Shown here piece by piece: positions 61,485-64,000 of a stretch of DNA of 64,000 bases. This DNA is from Cirrosporium novae-zelandiae (Eukaryota): the NCBI GenBank assembly GCA_026023565.1, contig JAPETS010000017.1, positions 62,001 through 126,000 of the forward strand, in the 5' to 3' direction. Each line of letters begins with the position of its first letter. Positions within the stretch are counted from its first letter, which is position 1. The notes beneath the pieces are model-generated. The model had not been told where the DNA came from. It was given only the letters and a program-made list of their open reading frames with translations, and did no database searches. A program made the translations under genes and the position numbers.

Positions 61485-64000
61485 ATGCCAAAAATTGTGG
61501 ACTACACCCCGCCCTGGCTGCTACGACCTTCTCCGGGTTCCAACCTCTTCTCAACCCAACCACAGCTAACCAAGGTCAAAGTGGATAATGAAGAATCAAA
61601 TGGAGATGTAGGTATTATAGGACCAAAGCGGACGATAGCACGGCGGGGAACTGAAATATTTGTTGCTATTGGAAATCAAATACGATGGGCGGATCTGTCG
61701 TTGCTTCAGAATACTTGGGATGAACAAGAAGACTTTAAGAGGAGCCAGTCGAGGTCTTCGAAACCTTACAAGCAGCAACCGACACATGGCGGTTATGATG
61801 AAGATAGTTTATACCGGGTTTGGAACCCCCGTGGATCAAACGATTCTGCTACTACAATAACTAACCTAATTTCAGGTTCTGAAAGTTTCTATTCATGGGG
61901 AAATCAGGCAGTTGGTTCCATCTCCAAATGGAGACTGGCTTGCTATCCTCACAGAATACACAGTTCACATTGCTGTATTACCAGACTCATGCCATTTGAC
62001 AGAAAGAGATACTGGTCCAATTCGGCTAAAAACATACCAACTCGGTCCAACAGTTCATGTTACGACCCAATCGCCCGTGGTCTCAGCGCTATGGCACCCT
62101 CTAGGCGTCGATGGGAACGCATTTGTTACTGTGACTGCTGATGCAGCTGTTCGAATATGGGAACTCAGTAAGGGAAACCATTGGTCATTTGACAGCCCTA
62201 ATATGGCTATTGATTTACAAAAGCTTGCGGATGCTATTTCGATGGAAGATGATGTAGCGCCGGAGGGGTATGGGAAGAACAAGGGATTCTCGGCAGATGT
62301 ATTTGACATGGAAGTTGCATCAGCATGTTTCGGAGGTGCTGGTCTACCGCAAGAAAATGGGTGGAGTAGTATGACTCTCTGGGTTGGAATGAAAACTGGA
62401 GATGTATACGCACTTTGTCCCCTACTCCCCTCTAAATGGCAGCCAACTACAACTACTTTGGCAACTCTTTCGGCGGAAGTAGTATCCAAAAACGCAATGG
62501 TCCAGGAGGATCCATCTTCTGACGTCATGACCAGGAGGAAGTACGACCAACAATACCATTGGTTGTCAGCAATCGATGATGAGGATCCTCTATTTCTTCC
62601 TGGCAGAACAGAATTTTCTTCTGAGGTTGGAGTTTACTCTCGACCAAACCAATCTGGACCGGTGCCAAAACTACAGGGCCCCTTTCAGATCAATAAGGGG
62701 GCCTTTGAATACGATTCCGATATCACCGACATACACGTAATTGCTGCTAACCTTGATGACGAATTAATGGATAACCTACACAGTGAGGATGAACAACATG
62801 AACTCTCAATCACGACTGTCTGCCTTCTTACAGTCGAAGGTACGGTTCACATATGCTTGGATCTTATAGGCGTTGAGGGAGAATGGCTTCCCCAGAAAAA
62901 ATATCATTCCGATCAACCACTTGTCCCCCCGGAACTGCCAAGTCTTACCCTCGTTGAGTCATTAGAGACCCTGCCAGAATCCCATATGGACGAGTCTAGC
63001 TGGCCAATATTTACAGCCGATGTCCAAAGCCCCTATGCATTCTTCGTTACCCACAATGCTGGTGTATCTTATATATCTATATCCGACTGGGTTGCAAAGG
63101 TGGAAGCGGAACTGGATAGCATGGATGCAAGCGGTGCAGCCTTCCGCATGCAAATGCTCACCGAAGGTCACAAAGCCTCAAGGCAACAAATTATCGAATT
63201 TGATAGCGATTCAACATCCACGACCAAGACCTCTCCAGCAGGCTGTATTGTATTCCACGATTCGGGCCTAGGCTATTTTCTCCTGACAATGACTACGATA
63301 CGTCCCTTCGCCGTAACGCTAGACGCACCTGACTCCCAGCCCCCTCTAAACGACGACAATGAGGACTTTGGAAAAGTGACGGAAATACTGACTTCTGCCC
63401 CCCGGCGGCATCCCTTCGAACCACTGGAGTGCCTCTGGTCCGACACGGCTCTCACACAATTCTTGGCCACCTATGTCCCTACCCACCAACGCTCAACTAT
63501 ACACTCTGAAATTCGCCTTTCCCCCGCGACATTGGAAACCATGACCCTTGCGCACCGAGTTCTCAGCGCCGAAACCAATGTCATCGGTCTTGCAGCGGCT
63601 GACCTATTTGTCCGTTGTGAGCGTCTCCGTGATGAGTTCAAAGAACAAGTTCGGAGTGTAGGGGATGTAAGCACCAAAGTGGAAAGAATTGTGGACGAGG
63701 ATGCGGATGATTATGACGAGCGACCTTTGGAGGGTGGAAGGAGGGGAAATGAGGGTGTTGAGAGAAGAATTAGGGATGCGAAGGCCAGGCAAACGGAGTT
63801 GACGGAAAGGTACGATAGACTGAGGAGGAAAGTCGCAAGACTAGGAAGGAAGGAACTGAGCGAAAAAGAACTGAATTGGATGGGCGAAATTCGAGAAATG
63901 GAAAAATCTCTATTTCCACCAGAAGAACGGGAGGGGGCGGAGGATGACTACAACGAGGAGGGGATGGAAGTTTGGAGGAGGTTTGAAACTGTAAGCATAT
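61485..64000 (+). CDS. NUP82: Nucleoporin Nup82/Nup88 family (3' partial)
   Basis: MPKIVDYTPPWLLRPSPG. After intron 61818-61875 an open frame runs to 63990 (LWHPLG, GDVYALCPLLP, coiled-coil tail). The next donor GTAAGC is at 63991. Confidence 0.88.

Overview
Eukaryotic DNA from a filamentous ascomycete (Pezizomycotina). Evidence: short GT-AG introns with CTRAY branch points, fungal-type orthologues, and an intron-containing tRNA-Asp. About 24 apparently intact protein genes can be built: a Ubp16-like deubiquitinase, mitochondrial bL9, AKR1, SRP102, a DHA1 MFS transporter, a conserved hypothetical protein, SFC1/acuL, a saccharopine-DH-like oxidoreductase, RPL43, a PHD-RING protein, an SDR, DUF6604, a BCAS3-like protein, DPM2, CWC22, TBCB/alp11, ILV3, an S9 peptidase, a class-3 lipase, SNO1/PDX2, CBC2 and NUP82 (runs off the end). 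Two accessory islands (about 8.3-13.7 kb and 29.5-33.3 kb) hold genes broken by transition-type stop codons, consistent with RIP. The most notable observations are: (i) an NLR-like N-terminal-domain/ankyrin pseudogene fused out of frame to an AAA-ATPase lid fragment next to the tRNA; (ii) an orphan gene with a single in-frame TAG in a readthrough-like TAG-CTA context; (iii) a candidate poison cassette exon in the long TBCB intron; (iv) a 92-aa RPL43 split into 8 micro-exons; (v) recognisable HapX/CBC, Leu3 and AcuK/AcuM promoter motifs; and (vi) strong local C-rich/G-rich strand-skew oscillations. I found no prokaryotic-type system (CRISPR, rRNA, intact transposase). All family calls come from motif recognition by eye; no searches were run.
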